A stretch of 31,200 nucleotides of DNA, taken from an uncultured Saprospiraceae bacterium (lineage in GTDB: Bacteria; Bacteroidota; Bacteroidia; Chitinophagales; Saprospiraceae). Where the stretch lies: assembly GCA_964465435.1 (NCBI GenBank), contig CAYXKO010000001.1:1-31200 (forward strand). The letters run 5' to 3'. Below, one piece after another: positions 8,324 to 17,565 of this stretch (within the stretch, counting starts at the first letter, position 1; the number at the start of each line of letters is the position of its first letter). The translations under genes were made by a program, and so were the position numbers. The notes beneath the pieces were generated by a model that ran no database searches, had not been told where the DNA came from, and worked only from the letters and a program-made list of their open reading frames with translations.

Positions 8324-11300
8324 ATGTCGGCAAGCAGAATATTGATTTTATTGATCCTGTTAAACTATCTATCAACTCTGGCAGTGGCCCAGATCACTTT
8401 TCCGTACAATGGGGTGCGGCATCCGGATCAAAGCTGCTTCATTCTGACCAACGCCAGGGTGATAGCCGAATCCAGCCTGCAGCCTGTCGAATCAGACATC
8501 CTGGTTCGGGATGGACGAATCCTCGAGGTTGGGAAAAACATCAAAAGGCCTGCTGATGCCCTGGTGGTGGATTTGCAGGGTTCGATCATTTATCCCGGCT
8601 TCATTGACCTGTTTTCCACCTATGGCATGCCGGCTCTGCCGGACAGACGTGCTCAGGGCCGCGGACAAGCTGAGCGAACCCGGGATGGTGCCTTTGGATG
8701 GAATGAAGCCCTCCGGACCGAGCAAAACGCCGCCGAACTGTTTAAAGTAAAACCGGATGCGGCCAAAGCCCTCAGGGAGAATGGTTTCACCCTGGTAAAT
8801 ACCCATATGCCAGATGGCATCAGCAGGGGAAGTTCCATCCTTGTCTTTGCCGGAGAGGGCAGCGAAAATGAATTGATGCTGCGCGAAAAGATGGCACATC
8901 ATCTGAGTTTCCAAAAGGGGAGCTCCGTCCAGGAGTATCCCGGGAGCCTGATGGGGGTCATAGCACTACTCAGGCAGACCTATTTGGATGGAAAATATTA
9001 CGAATCCGTCATTCGCCCCCGGGAAAAAAATCTTTCACTAGAATATTGGAACCAGCTGCAGAAATTGCCTCAGATCTTTTCAGTGGAGGATCGTCTGGAC
9101 ATATTTCGGGCAGACAAGATCGCTCGGGAATTTGGCCAGAGTTATCTGATACGGGGTACAGGACACGAATACCAGAATCCCGAAATGCTGAAAAAGATCC
9201 AGGCGAAAATGATCGTTCCCCTCAAATTTCCTACGCTTTACGAGGTGGAGGATCCCTATGATGCCGCACAGATCGATCTGACTGATCTGAAACATTGGGA
9301 AATGGCACCCACGAATACGGCCATGCTTGAGAAAAACGGCATTTCCTTCTGCCTCACTGCCGATGGTCTCAAAGACGGAAAAGATTTCTGGTCAAATTTG
9401 AGAAAGGCGGTTTCTGCCGGTCTCAGCAAGACAAAAGCCCTCGAGGCCCTGACGACACTGCCCGCCTCCTGGATGGGGATCGGTCATGAAGCCGGCAGCA
9501 TCGCACCCGGCAAATGGGCCAATTTTGTCATTGCAAACGGAGACTTGTTTTCAGATACAGCCCGGATCCTGGAAACCTGGGTCAAAGGCCGACCCTACGT
9601 AGTTTACGGATACGATCCCAAAAATTTCACCGGCAGGTATCAGCTCAGACTGGGCACCGACAGTTTGATGGTCGATATCCGCAAGAAGGAAAATAAATAC
9701 GACGCAAAAATCATAACGGAGGACAGTACTCCTGTTTCTCTTCAGATCAAGATTGAAAACGATTACCTGAGTGGCAAATACAGAGAAAAGGATCAGCGCG
9801 TGGCCTTGCTGTCAGCCGGCTTATTTGGTAAGATCTGGAAAGGCAAGGCCCTGATGGCCGATGGCAGTGAGCTGCCATTTGTCTTGACTCCTTCCGCTCC
9901 GGGAGGATCATCGGGCGAGGAAAAAAAGGTCAGGGAAGAAGTACAGACGAAGGACTCTTTTCATGTGATCTATCCCTTTACTGCTTATGGACGAACCGAA
10001 AAGCCCGCTCAAAAAAGTTTAATATTTAGAAACGCTACCGTTTGGACCTGCGAAAAAGATGGAATCCTGGAAAAAACGGACGTATGGGTCCTGAATGGAA
10101 AAATTGAAAAGATCGGAAAGGGTCTGAAAGTCCCGGATGCGCAAACCATTGTCGTGGATGCCACCGGCAAGCATCTTACCCCTGGCCTGATCGATGAACA
10201 CAGCCACATTGCGATTTCGCGAGGAGTCAACGAATGCACGGAAGCTTCCACCGCCGAAGTTCGTATTGGCGACGTCATCAATTCTGAAGACATAAACATC
10301 TACCGCCAGCTTGCAGGAGGCCTTACCACGGCGCAACTGCTGCACGGTTCCTGCAATCCGATCGGCGGACAATCGGCCATCATCAAACTGCGCTGGGGAT
10401 CCTCTCCCGATGAAATGAAGTTTGAAGGGGCTGACGGATTTATCAAATTTGCGCTTGGAGAAAACGTGAAGCGTTCCGGAGGGCAATCCAACCAAAGATT
10501 TCCGGATACACGCATGGGCGTAGAACAAGTCTATATGGACTATTTTACGCGAGCCAGAAGGTATCTGGACGAAATTAAGGTGAAAGGCCAGGCCAGTGTA
10601 CGCCGGGACCTCGACCTGGAAGCAGTAGCTGAGATTTTGGAAAAGAAAAGGTTTATCACCTGCCATTCCTACGTACAATCTGAAATCAATATGCTGATGA
10701 AGCTTGCTGAAAAGTTTGGTTTCAGGGTCAATACCTTTACCCATATCCTGGAAGGTTACAAAGTGGCGGACAAGATGAAGGCCCATGGGGCTGGCGGCTC
10801 TTCTTTCTCAGACTGGTGGGCATACAAGTTTGAGGTGTACGAAGCCATTCCTTACAATGGAGCCATTTTGCACCGTCAGGGAGTAACGACCGCTTTCAAC
10901 AGCGATGATGCCGAAATGGCCCGCAGACTAAACCAGGAAGCCGCCAAGGCCGTCAAGTACGGAGGCCTGAGCGAAGAAGAAGCACTGAAATTTGTAACCC
11001 TCAATCCTGCAAAACTATTGCACATCGATCACAGGGTGGGCAGCATCAGGACCGGTAAGGATGCCGATCTGGTTTTGTGGGACCAGCATCCCCTCGCCGT
11101 CTTCAGCAAGCCGGACATGACCCTAGTGGACGGGATCAAATATTTTGACGCAGCCGAACAGGAATCGCTGAAAAAAATGATTGATGCTGAACGGGCAAGA
11201 ATCATACAGAAAATGATAAAGCTCAAGGAAAGCGGTGTAAAATCAAGTCCTTTCAAATCGCAGCGAAGAAGGCTTTACCATTGTGATACCGTAGAGGAGG

Positions 11301-11332
11301 AGGAGGATCACGGACAACACGGTCACCATTAA
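8324..11332 (+). CDS. Secreted tandem amidohydrolase-superfamily protein (two TIM-barrel domains)
   Basis: Signal peptide. Domain 1 has PGFIDLFST (HxH lost) ... GSIAPGKWANFV. Domain 2 has PGLIDEHSH, FIKFALGEN (Lys), TCHSY, FTHILE, FNSDD ... GSIRTGKDADLVLW. Ends in an acidic/His-rich tail. Confidence 0.88.
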   Translation: MSASRILILLILLNYLSTLAVAQITFPYNGVRHPDQSCFILTNARVIAESSLQPVESDILVRDGRILEVGKNIKRPADALVVDLQGSIIYPGFIDLFSTYGMPALPDRRAQGRGQAERTRDGAFGWNEALRTEQNAAELFKVKPDAAKALRENGFTLVNTHMPDGISRGSSILVFAGEGSENELMLREKMAHHLSFQKGSSVQEYPGSLMGVIALLRQTYLDGKYYESVIRPREKNLSLEYWNQLQKLPQIFSVEDRLDIFRADKIAREFGQSYLIRGTGHEYQNPEMLKKIQAKMIVPLKFPTLYEVEDPYDAAQIDLTDLKHWEMAPTNTAMLEKNGISFCLTADGLKDGKDFWSNLRKAVSAGLSKTKALEALTTLPASWMGIGHEAGSIAPGKWANFVIANGDLFSDTARILETWVKGRPYVVYGYDPKNFTGRYQLRLGTDSLMVDIRKKENKYDAKIITEDSTPVSLQIKIENDYLSGKYREKDQRVALLSAGLFGKIWKGKALMADGSELPFVLTPSAPGGSSGEEKKVREEVQTKDSFHVIYPFTAYGRTEKPAQKSLIFRNATVWTCEKDGILEKTDVWVLNGKIEKIGKGLKVPDAQTIVVDATGKHLTPGLIDEHSHIAISRGVNECTEASTAEVRIGDVINSEDINIYRQLAGGLTTAQLLHGSCNPIGGQSAIIKLRWGSSPDEMKFEGADGFIKFALGENVKRSGGQSNQRFPDTRMGVEQVYMDYFTRARRYLDEIKVKGQASVRRDLDLEAVAEILEKKRFITCHSYVQSEINMLMKLAEKFGFRVNTFTHILEGYKVADKMKAHGAGGSSFSDWWAYKFEVYEAIPYNGAILHRQGVTTAFNSDDAEMARRLNQEAAKAVKYGGLSEEEALKFVTLNPAKLLHIDHRVGSIRTGKDADLVLWDQHPLAVFSKPDMTLVDGIKYFDAAEQESLKKMIDAERARIIQKMIKLKESGVKSSPFKSQRRRLYHCDTVEEEEDHGQHGHH

Positions 11333-11377
11333 TTTCTATCATCCATGCCTTTACTCTGGACTAACAATCATCAAAAA

Positions 11378-12691
11378 ATGAAAAACAACAATATTTCGAT
11401 TGGATTAATATTTTTATTAACCCTTGTCATATTATTCATTCCTGGAATTTCCAGTTCACAGGTCCCTTCTTTTCCCCAAAAGAACAAGTCAGCCATTGTA
11501 CATGCCCGCATTCATGTGGGAAATGGAGACATCATCGAAGATGGAACCGTGGTTTTCGACAAGGGCAAGATCGTTTATGTGGGAACGGATGCACAAGCTC
11601 ATCCCGATGCAAAAGAACGGCTGGATGCCAGGGGAGCGGATCTATACCCCGGCTTCATTGCTTTAGGCACCGGTGTGGGACTGGAGGAAATATCTCAGGT
11701 CAAGGCCACCCTTGACATCCGTGAGCTGGGACGCTTTAATCCAAACCTAAGGACGCTTATTGCCTACAATACTGATTCCAGGGTGATCCCTACACTTCGT
11801 TCCAACGGATTGCTTACTGCCCAGGTGGCACCTGAGGGCGGGGTAATCTCCGGACAGTCTTCAGTCTTTAAAATGGATGGCTGGAATTGGGAGGACGCAG
11901 TTGTCAACGGCGATGATGCAATTTGGCTTAACTGGCCGCAAACGCAAAACCAGGCAGGATGGTGGGCTGAGCCGGAGCGATCCAGTCCCAACGATCAGTA
12001 TCGGTCAGAGTTGGAAGCCATTTCAGATTATTTTAAAAGATCAAGGGCCTATCACGAGGGTCGCGATGCTGAAAAACTTGAAACTCACCTTGGTTACGAG
12101 GCCATGAAGGGACTTTGGACCGGACAAAAGAAATTATTCGTCAGGGTTGGAGAGGCCAGGGCCATGATGCAATGCGTCCAGGTATTCGAAGCCCTTGGCT
12201 TGAAACCAGTGCTGTTTGGGGCTGCTGATGCCTGGAAGATAGCCGATTTTCTCAGGGAAAAATCAATTGCGGTAGTTCTTCAGAAAACGCACAGTCTGCC
12301 TTCGCGAACCGATGAAGATGTCTGGCAGCCCTACAAGACTCCGTCCGTTCTTAAGAAGGCGGGTGTACTGTTTGCCATCAGCCAATCCGGTTTCTGGGAA
12401 CAGCGGAATCTTGCATTTCAGGCCGGACACGCGGTCGGATACGGACTCAGTAAGGAGGAGGCCTTGCAGGCCATCGCAATCAATCCTGCCCGCATTCTGG
12501 GTCTTGAGTCGAGCTTGGGCTCTATTGAAACGGGAAAGGATGCCACCTTTTTTATCAGCACCGGAGATGCATTGGACATGAGAACCCAAAACATTACCAG
12601 GGCTTACATTAAGGGTGCTGAATCAGACCTCAATGACATGCACAAGCAGCTGTACAGAAAGTACCAAATGAAATATGGTCACACAAACTAG
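11378..12691 (+). CDS. Secreted amidohydrolase-fold protein with degenerate metal site (partner subunit)
   Basis: Signal peptide after ATG 11378; IVHARIHVGNGDIIEDGTVVFDKGKI; PGFIALGTG in place of PGxIDxHxH; AINPARILG..GSIETGKDATFF. Confidence 0.85.
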   Translation: MKNNNISIGLIFLLTLVILFIPGISSSQVPSFPQKNKSAIVHARIHVGNGDIIEDGTVVFDKGKIVYVGTDAQAHPDAKERLDARGADLYPGFIALGTGVGLEEISQVKATLDIRELGRFNPNLRTLIAYNTDSRVIPTLRSNGLLTAQVAPEGGVISGQSSVFKMDGWNWEDAVVNGDDAIWLNWPQTQNQAGWWAEPERSSPNDQYRSELEAISDYFKRSRAYHEGRDAEKLETHLGYEAMKGLWTGQKKLFVRVGEARAMMQCVQVFEALGLKPVLFGAADAWKIADFLREKSIAVVLQKTHSLPSRTDEDVWQPYKTPSVLKKAGVLFAISQSGFWEQRNLAFQAGHAVGYGLSKEEALQAIAINPARILGLESSLGSIETGKDATFFISTGDALDMRTQNITRAYIKGAESDLNDMHKQLYRKYQMKYGHTN

Positions 12692-12708
12692 AGAACGCTA
12701 GTTAGGGA

Positions 12709-15279
12709 TCACCGGATCAGACTGACGACGCCTTTTCGGACAATGTTCTTGAGGACTCTGTCGCTATCCTCCAGGTACAGGTCGTATTTAAGCTGGTAGA
12801 TATAAGTTTCCATGGGGGCCGGCTGACCTTCATAATCTCCATTCCATCCGGACAAATTCACATCGTTGGACTCATACACTTTTGCGCCCCATCGGTTGTA
12901 GATCCGAAATTCAATTTTATCCACCCTTGCCTTGCATTCTGCCGGGATCACCGGTCGGAAGACCCGGTTTCGGTTGTCCTGATCCAGCGGAGTGAATACA
13001 TTGGGTATTTCCACGCAATCTTCGCAGGGAAGATCCACGATCGTCAGGCTGTAATCTTTGAGCAGACAGCCGGCTGCATCTGTCAACCGGATCGGGTATA
13101 CCCCTGCCTGGGTATAATTCACTCCGTCTATTTGCTTGGCCTCTCCGCACCACAAGGTGTCAAAGCGGGCGTTTTTATCTGTCCGGATCAAAGACAGTCT
13201 GAGTGTGATGTATTCGGTGCAGGCCTCATTATAGATAGTCTGATAATATTCACCGGGAAAAGCGTAAATGCTGTCTCCGAATTTAAAAGTTGTGCCTTCG
13301 CAGAAACTGGTATCCACCGTCCTGTTATTGAATGCAAATACTTTTAAAGTTGCTGTGACCGAATCGCATCCGTTCATATTCACCAAGGAAGGGAAATAGG
13401 TCCCCCCCTTGTCATAGGACAGGTTGAAAAATCGCCTTGACTGCCCGCAGGCAATGGTATCATACACAATACCAAGGTCCGTGTAGGGGTTTGAACTCAG
13501 GGTGAGCACAATCAAGGAATCACAGCCACTGCCATTGGACTTGACTGTATCAGCATAGACACCGGGCACCCTTAATTCACGTCCTCTGAAATTATAAGTC
13601 TGGCCCAGGCAGATTTCTGCGGCGATGTTGGTACTCAGGTAAGGCAGGATCACGATCGGGTGATCATAGGACCGACTTACACAGCCTACCGTCATAATGC
13701 GGGTGACCGTGTAGGTGCCGGGCGCATCAAAGGTGAACGATTTGTTTCCTGCCCCCTCATAGGTTTTTCCATTGACAATCCACATGTGACTGGCCGAGGG
13801 ATCTCCCGTGGACCGGTCCGTAAACAGGACCGGAACGTTGGGGCAGGACTGCCGTGGACCTGAGATCTGCGGGTTCAACTCCACAGTCGTCTCACAGAGT
13901 GTGTTGAAGTAAAGTGCGCTGTCCCGGTAAAGGGAATAATTGCTGATTTGCTGGCCGGAACGAGTTTGAAATTGAAAATCTCTGACTGTCCATGTGGAAG
14001 CCTGCAGCTTGAGTTCATTGGTCACATCGATGTCAAAGCATCCTGAAAGAAAGTCCTCATCCGTTTTGATGAGAAGCCCCTGAAAGTTGACATTGGAGGC
14101 ATAAGCGGTACTGAACCCGGACAAGATCACGCCTCCTAGAGGGCAGGTCCGGACGCGCGTATATTGAGAACCCTTCATATTGTAGATGAATGCCTTTTTT
14201 ATGCTTCCATCCTCCTGGATCACGTAGAGGGCATTTTTATTGGGAGCATTGGGCCCGGAGGCAGCATGCGTCGTAAAAGCGAACGTGCTCACACCGATCG
14301 CGTAAGAGCCATCCGGAAGCAAGGATAGGCCTTCGCCAATAGATCCTGCGTCACTTCCCACCACTACTTCATAAATGTTCATAAATTCTGTTTTGAGTTG
14401 GGAATCGGTGCGGATCAGGTATACGTCGTATTCAGAACTCTGGTGATTGGCTTCGAGGATCGTGGTAGAACCCGTGATCAGGTAGCGGTCTGACCGATCC
14501 ACCAGGAGGTCGTAGCAATAGGTTCTCTGATTGTCAAATCCGAAGGTTTTGAATCCAAGTACGCTTCCGGAAGGATCCGTTTTTAAAATAAAGGCCTTGA
14601 AAGTGCCTTCATCTATGCACCTTCCTGCGACAATGATATTGTCCTTTGAATCGGTCTTGACAGAGAATGCCTCATCGTAGGTGGTCCCTGGATTTCCCAG
14701 GGTCTTGGTCCACTGAATATTCCCATTCCCATCAATTTTGACCAGGTATACGTCCGCAGCCTGGGGGTCCGTTCCATATTGTCCCGTGCTTCCTGCAATG
14801 ATAAACCCTCCATCCGCTGTTTTTGCAATGTCCCTTCCGAATTCGGTGTTGTTTCCGATCCTTTTCATCCAAAGCACCCGGCCTGATGCCGTGATTCTTC
14901 CTGCCAGTATGGATCCCCGGAAAAACCCTGTTCCCAGATTGAAGGAAAAGACAATATCTCCCGAGTCCGCTTCCACAGATCCAAAGTTGGTGTTGGTGGG
15001 AGATCCCGAAACTCCGAGCATCTTTGACCAAAGCGGGGTTCCGAGACAGTCGTATTTGGTGATTATCCCTTCCGATGTATTGAAGGTATCCGTAAGGAAT
15101 CCAAGGGTCACATATCCTCCGTCTGACAAGGGCTCCACATCGTAGAAGTTGGTATGGATGTTTTTGATGCCGGGCGTAAAGTCCTTTAAAAAGTAGGTTT
15201 TTTGGAACTGAATGTTCTGACCGGCAATGCCGCTCATCATGAAGGGAATACAGACCAATGAGATGAAGTAGTTGCGCAT
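12709..15279 (-). CDS. T9SS type B (gliding-motility-associated CTD) cargo: beta-propeller, PKD domain and Cys repeats
   Basis: Signal peptide; about 7 GGxxxxG...xKxDxxGxxxWxKxxG blades; PKD-like FTDRSTG..HMW..FTFDAPGTYTVT; four CxGxx..GxY..GCDS repeats; CTD IPNVFTP..RNRVF..IYNRWGAKVYES..WNG..ETYIY..KGVVSLIR. Confidence 0.88.
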   Translation of the reverse strand: MRNYFISLVCIPFMMSGIAGQNIQFQKTYFLKDFTPGIKNIHTNFYDVEPLSDGGYVTLGFLTDTFNTSEGIITKYDCLGTPLWSKMLGVSGSPTNTNFGSVEADSGDIVFSFNLGTGFFRGSILAGRITASGRVLWMKRIGNNTEFGRDIAKTADGGFIIAGSTGQYGTDPQAADVYLVKIDGNGNIQWTKTLGNPGTTYDEAFSVKTDSKDNIIVAGRCIDEGTFKAFILKTDPSGSVLGFKTFGFDNQRTYCYDLLVDRSDRYLITGSTTILEANHQSSEYDVYLIRTDSQLKTEFMNIYEVVVGSDAGSIGEGLSLLPDGSYAIGVSTFAFTTHAASGPNAPNKNALYVIQEDGSIKKAFIYNMKGSQYTRVRTCPLGGVILSGFSTAYASNVNFQGLLIKTDEDFLSGCFDIDVTNELKLQASTWTVRDFQFQTRSGQQISNYSLYRDSALYFNTLCETTVELNPQISGPRQSCPNVPVLFTDRSTGDPSASHMWIVNGKTYEGAGNKSFTFDAPGTYTVTRIMTVGCVSRSYDHPIVILPYLSTNIAAEICLGQTYNFRGRELRVPGVYADTVKSNGSGCDSLIVLTLSSNPYTDLGIVYDTIACGQSRRFFNLSYDKGGTYFPSLVNMNGCDSVTATLKVFAFNNRTVDTSFCEGTTFKFGDSIYAFPGEYYQTIYNEACTEYITLRLSLIRTDKNARFDTLWCGEAKQIDGVNYTQAGVYPIRLTDAAGCLLKDYSLTIVDLPCEDCVEIPNVFTPLDQDNRNRVFRPVIPAECKARVDKIEFRIYNRWGAKVYESNDVNLSGWNGDYEGQPAPMETYIYQLKYDLYLEDSDRVLKNIVRKGVVSLIR

Positions 15280-15392
15280 ATACAGGGAATTAAAGATCAA
15301 TGCCGGGCTAAGTTATACAGAATTGAAGATTTGATGGTGCTTACTAGGGGTATTATCTTAATTTCGCCACTTGGGTTCCAACCATCTTTGGC

Positions 15393-16859
15393 TTGAAGAA
15401 AGAATTTTTTGTCAACATCTTATTGCTGATTCTGGTAAACGCCCTTGTAAAGCCTGCCTATCTCTTTGGGGTAGACAGGCAGGTACAGGTATTGGTGGGT
15501 ACAGAGGCATTTGGCTACTATGCCAACCTGTTCAATTTTACCCTTATCCTGCAGTTTTTGAACGATTTTGGCCTCCAGCCCCTGATGAACAGGATGGCAG
15601 GTCAGGCCCCGGATCGGGCAAGGTCTGTCTTTGGGGAAGTGATCGGACTTCGACTTGTTTTGGCTCTGGTCTATCTGATGGTCACTCTTTTGTTTGCCTG
15701 GCTTTGGTTTGGACAAGAGATGAGCTCAGCGCTTCTATTGCGACTGGCGGTCAATCAGATCCTGATCAGTACAATACTTTTTCTTCGGGGTAACATTTCC
15801 GGTTTGGGATTGTATAAAACCGACAGCTTTCTGTCGGTGCTGGACCGGCTGATTCTCATCCTGGCCTGCTCGGCATTCCTGTATAGCGGAAGTCTGAATC
15901 AACATGTCAGCATTTCATGGTTTGTAGACATGCAAACTCTTTCCCTTTTGATTTGTACCCTCGTGTGTTTTGCAATTCTGTTCAGACATAATTTCAAATT
16001 CAAACCCACATTTCCAGGCAGGGACAAGGGTCTGGAAATTTTGCGGGCGGGATTTCCCTTTGCGATGGTTTATCTCACCTATGCCGCGCTCACCAAATCA
16101 GACAGCATCTGGCTTGTCAGACTACTGGAAAAAGGAAGTGAAAAGGCAGGGGAATTTACGGCCTCGATGAGGCTTTACGAAGCAGCTTCCATGATCTCTC
16201 TCGCCTTTGCCACATTGCTGTTGTCCATGTTTTCGAGAAGCCACAGGGAGCCCGATAAAATTGTAGTGCTTTTAAAGTCATCCATTGCGCTGCTCCTGTT
16301 TATCTCGGTCAGTTTGTCCGGATCCGTTTATTTTCTGGCTGACAGGATCAACCAGTTCCTTTACCCGGCAGCTACGCCTGAATGGGACATACTTCTGTCC
16401 GTGGTAATGTTTGGATTCATTCCCGCTAGCATAAATTTTATTTTCGGAGCCTATTTTCAGGCAATGCAAAGGGAAAGGGAACTCTGGATGATTTATGGTT
16501 TGGTGCTGGTTTTATCCATTATCCTGAATCTTATTTTTGTTCCGGTTTTCGAGGCCATAGGCTCTGCCTTTATTTTTGCTTTTTTGCAGTTGATCCTGTT
16601 TGTTATCCAGATGTTTCGGACCAGGCTGGATCAAAGGGACTTTTTTCCCCTTATCAGGTCCGCCCTGTTTTTTTGTTTTTTTGCCGGAGGCACGGTATTG
16701 ATAATCATGAATTTTGCCTCTGAAACTTCAGACTGGACCAGGGTCCTCATCTTTTTGGCCGCAACGTCGTGTATGGCAATGCTGAGCGGCTTATTCATCA
16801 TTTCAGACTGGACTAAGCTGATCAGACTGTTGAGGAAGAAAAACGAACCGGTGGTTTGA
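15393..16859 (+). CDS. Oligosaccharide flippase (Wzx/MOP family polysaccharide biosynthesis protein)
   Basis: About 12-14 TM segments; N-terminal FFVNILLLILVNALVKP, GTEAFGYYA...FLNDFGL; GEFTASMRLYEA; TTG start. Confidence 0.85.
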   Translation: MKKEFFVNILLLILVNALVKPAYLFGVDRQVQVLVGTEAFGYYANLFNFTLILQFLNDFGLQPLMNRMAGQAPDRARSVFGEVIGLRLVLALVYLMVTLLFAWLWFGQEMSSALLLRLAVNQILISTILFLRGNISGLGLYKTDSFLSVLDRLILILACSAFLYSGSLNQHVSISWFVDMQTLSLLICTLVCFAILFRHNFKFKPTFPGRDKGLEILRAGFPFAMVYLTYAALTKSDSIWLVRLLEKGSEKAGEFTASMRLYEAASMISLAFATLLLSMFSRSHREPDKIVVLLKSSIALLLFISVSLSGSVYFLADRINQFLYPAATPEWDILLSVVMFGFIPASINFIFGAYFQAMQRERELWMIYGLVLVLSIILNLIFVPVFEAIGSAFIFAFLQLILFVIQMFRTRLDQRDFFPLIRSALFFCFFAGGTVLIIMNFASETSDWTRVLIFLAATSCMAMLSGLFIISDWTKLIRLLRKKNEPVV

Positions 16860-16866
16860 CCAGGGA

Positions 16867-17409
16867 TCAATCCAGTTTTCTTCCGGTGGGCACGCGCGTG
16901 TTTTTCTCGATCACCCGGGATTGCTTTAAATTGATCAGCAAGCCTGAAAATGCAGATCCCGATGAAGTGCTATACTCCTTGCCGTTGTAGGTGACGATGC
17001 CGCTGTGCCGGTCCCATTCCTTTCCAAGGAGCACATAGCGGTTGTCAAACTTTGGATTGGGTCCAAACATGAGATAGGCATCCTGACCCTCCTGTTCAAA
17101 ACCAATGGCCAGACGATTTTCTTTGGGCGAAAACAGCAGGACACCCGGAGTGCCTCTTTCGAAAATGACTTCCTCAATCTTTTCTCCATTGACGTACCGG
17201 ATTTTTCCGTTTCTGATGGAAGTTTGGGCAGATTCCGCCTGCCTTCTCAATACAATGTCCTGGGACAAATAAAATTGTATTCGCTTCAATTCTGTCGGTC
17301 CCCAGTTATTGTTGTCAATGATTCTCTGGTCCAATGGGGTAAGTCGCGGACTGCAGGAATATCCGAGTGCTCCAATTACAAAAAGGAGCATGAGGTGGCT
17401 AAATTTCAT
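16867..17409 (-). CDS. Hypothetical lipoprotein
   Basis: MKFSHLMLLFVIGALGYSC lipobox followed by a beta-rich soluble domain. Start moved from 17454 to ATG 17409. Confidence 0.7.
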   Translation of the reverse strand: MKFSHLMLLFVIGALGYSCSPRLTPLDQRIIDNNNWGPTELKRIQFYLSQDIVLRRQAESAQTSIRNGKIRYVNGEKIEEVIFERGTPGVLLFSPKENRLAIGFEQEGQDAYLMFGPNPKFDNRYVLLGKEWDRHSGIVTYNGKEYSTSSGSAFSGLLINLKQSRVIEKNTRVPTGRKLD

Positions 17410-17536
17410 AGGCCATATTTTTTCACGAATGTAACGTGAGCCTGGGAAAACCATTTCATCTTTAAATAATCTTTAACCATGCCGGGCGCGTTTTATCACA
17501 ATCTTAACCTCCAAAGGCAGGGCACGCCTTTTTGTC

Positions 17537-17544
17537 TAACTTTG
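17537..17544 (+). promoter_or_regulatory. -7 element TAACTTTG of the ybeY-ATL gene
   Basis: Exact TAnnTTTG(CG), 21 nt upstream of TTG 17566 in a divergent intergenic region. Confidence 0.65.
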
Positions 17545-17565
17545 CGACAGTAAAATCAGAACCAA

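Noticed and set aside
10019-10786. 255-aa antisense ORF inside the large amidohydrolase
   Set aside because: Shadow ORF on the opposite strand of a well-supported gene; no recognisable motifs. The same applies to other antisense ORFs such as 1782..2180, 8492..8914, 20705..21295, 25354..25752 and 29868..30455.
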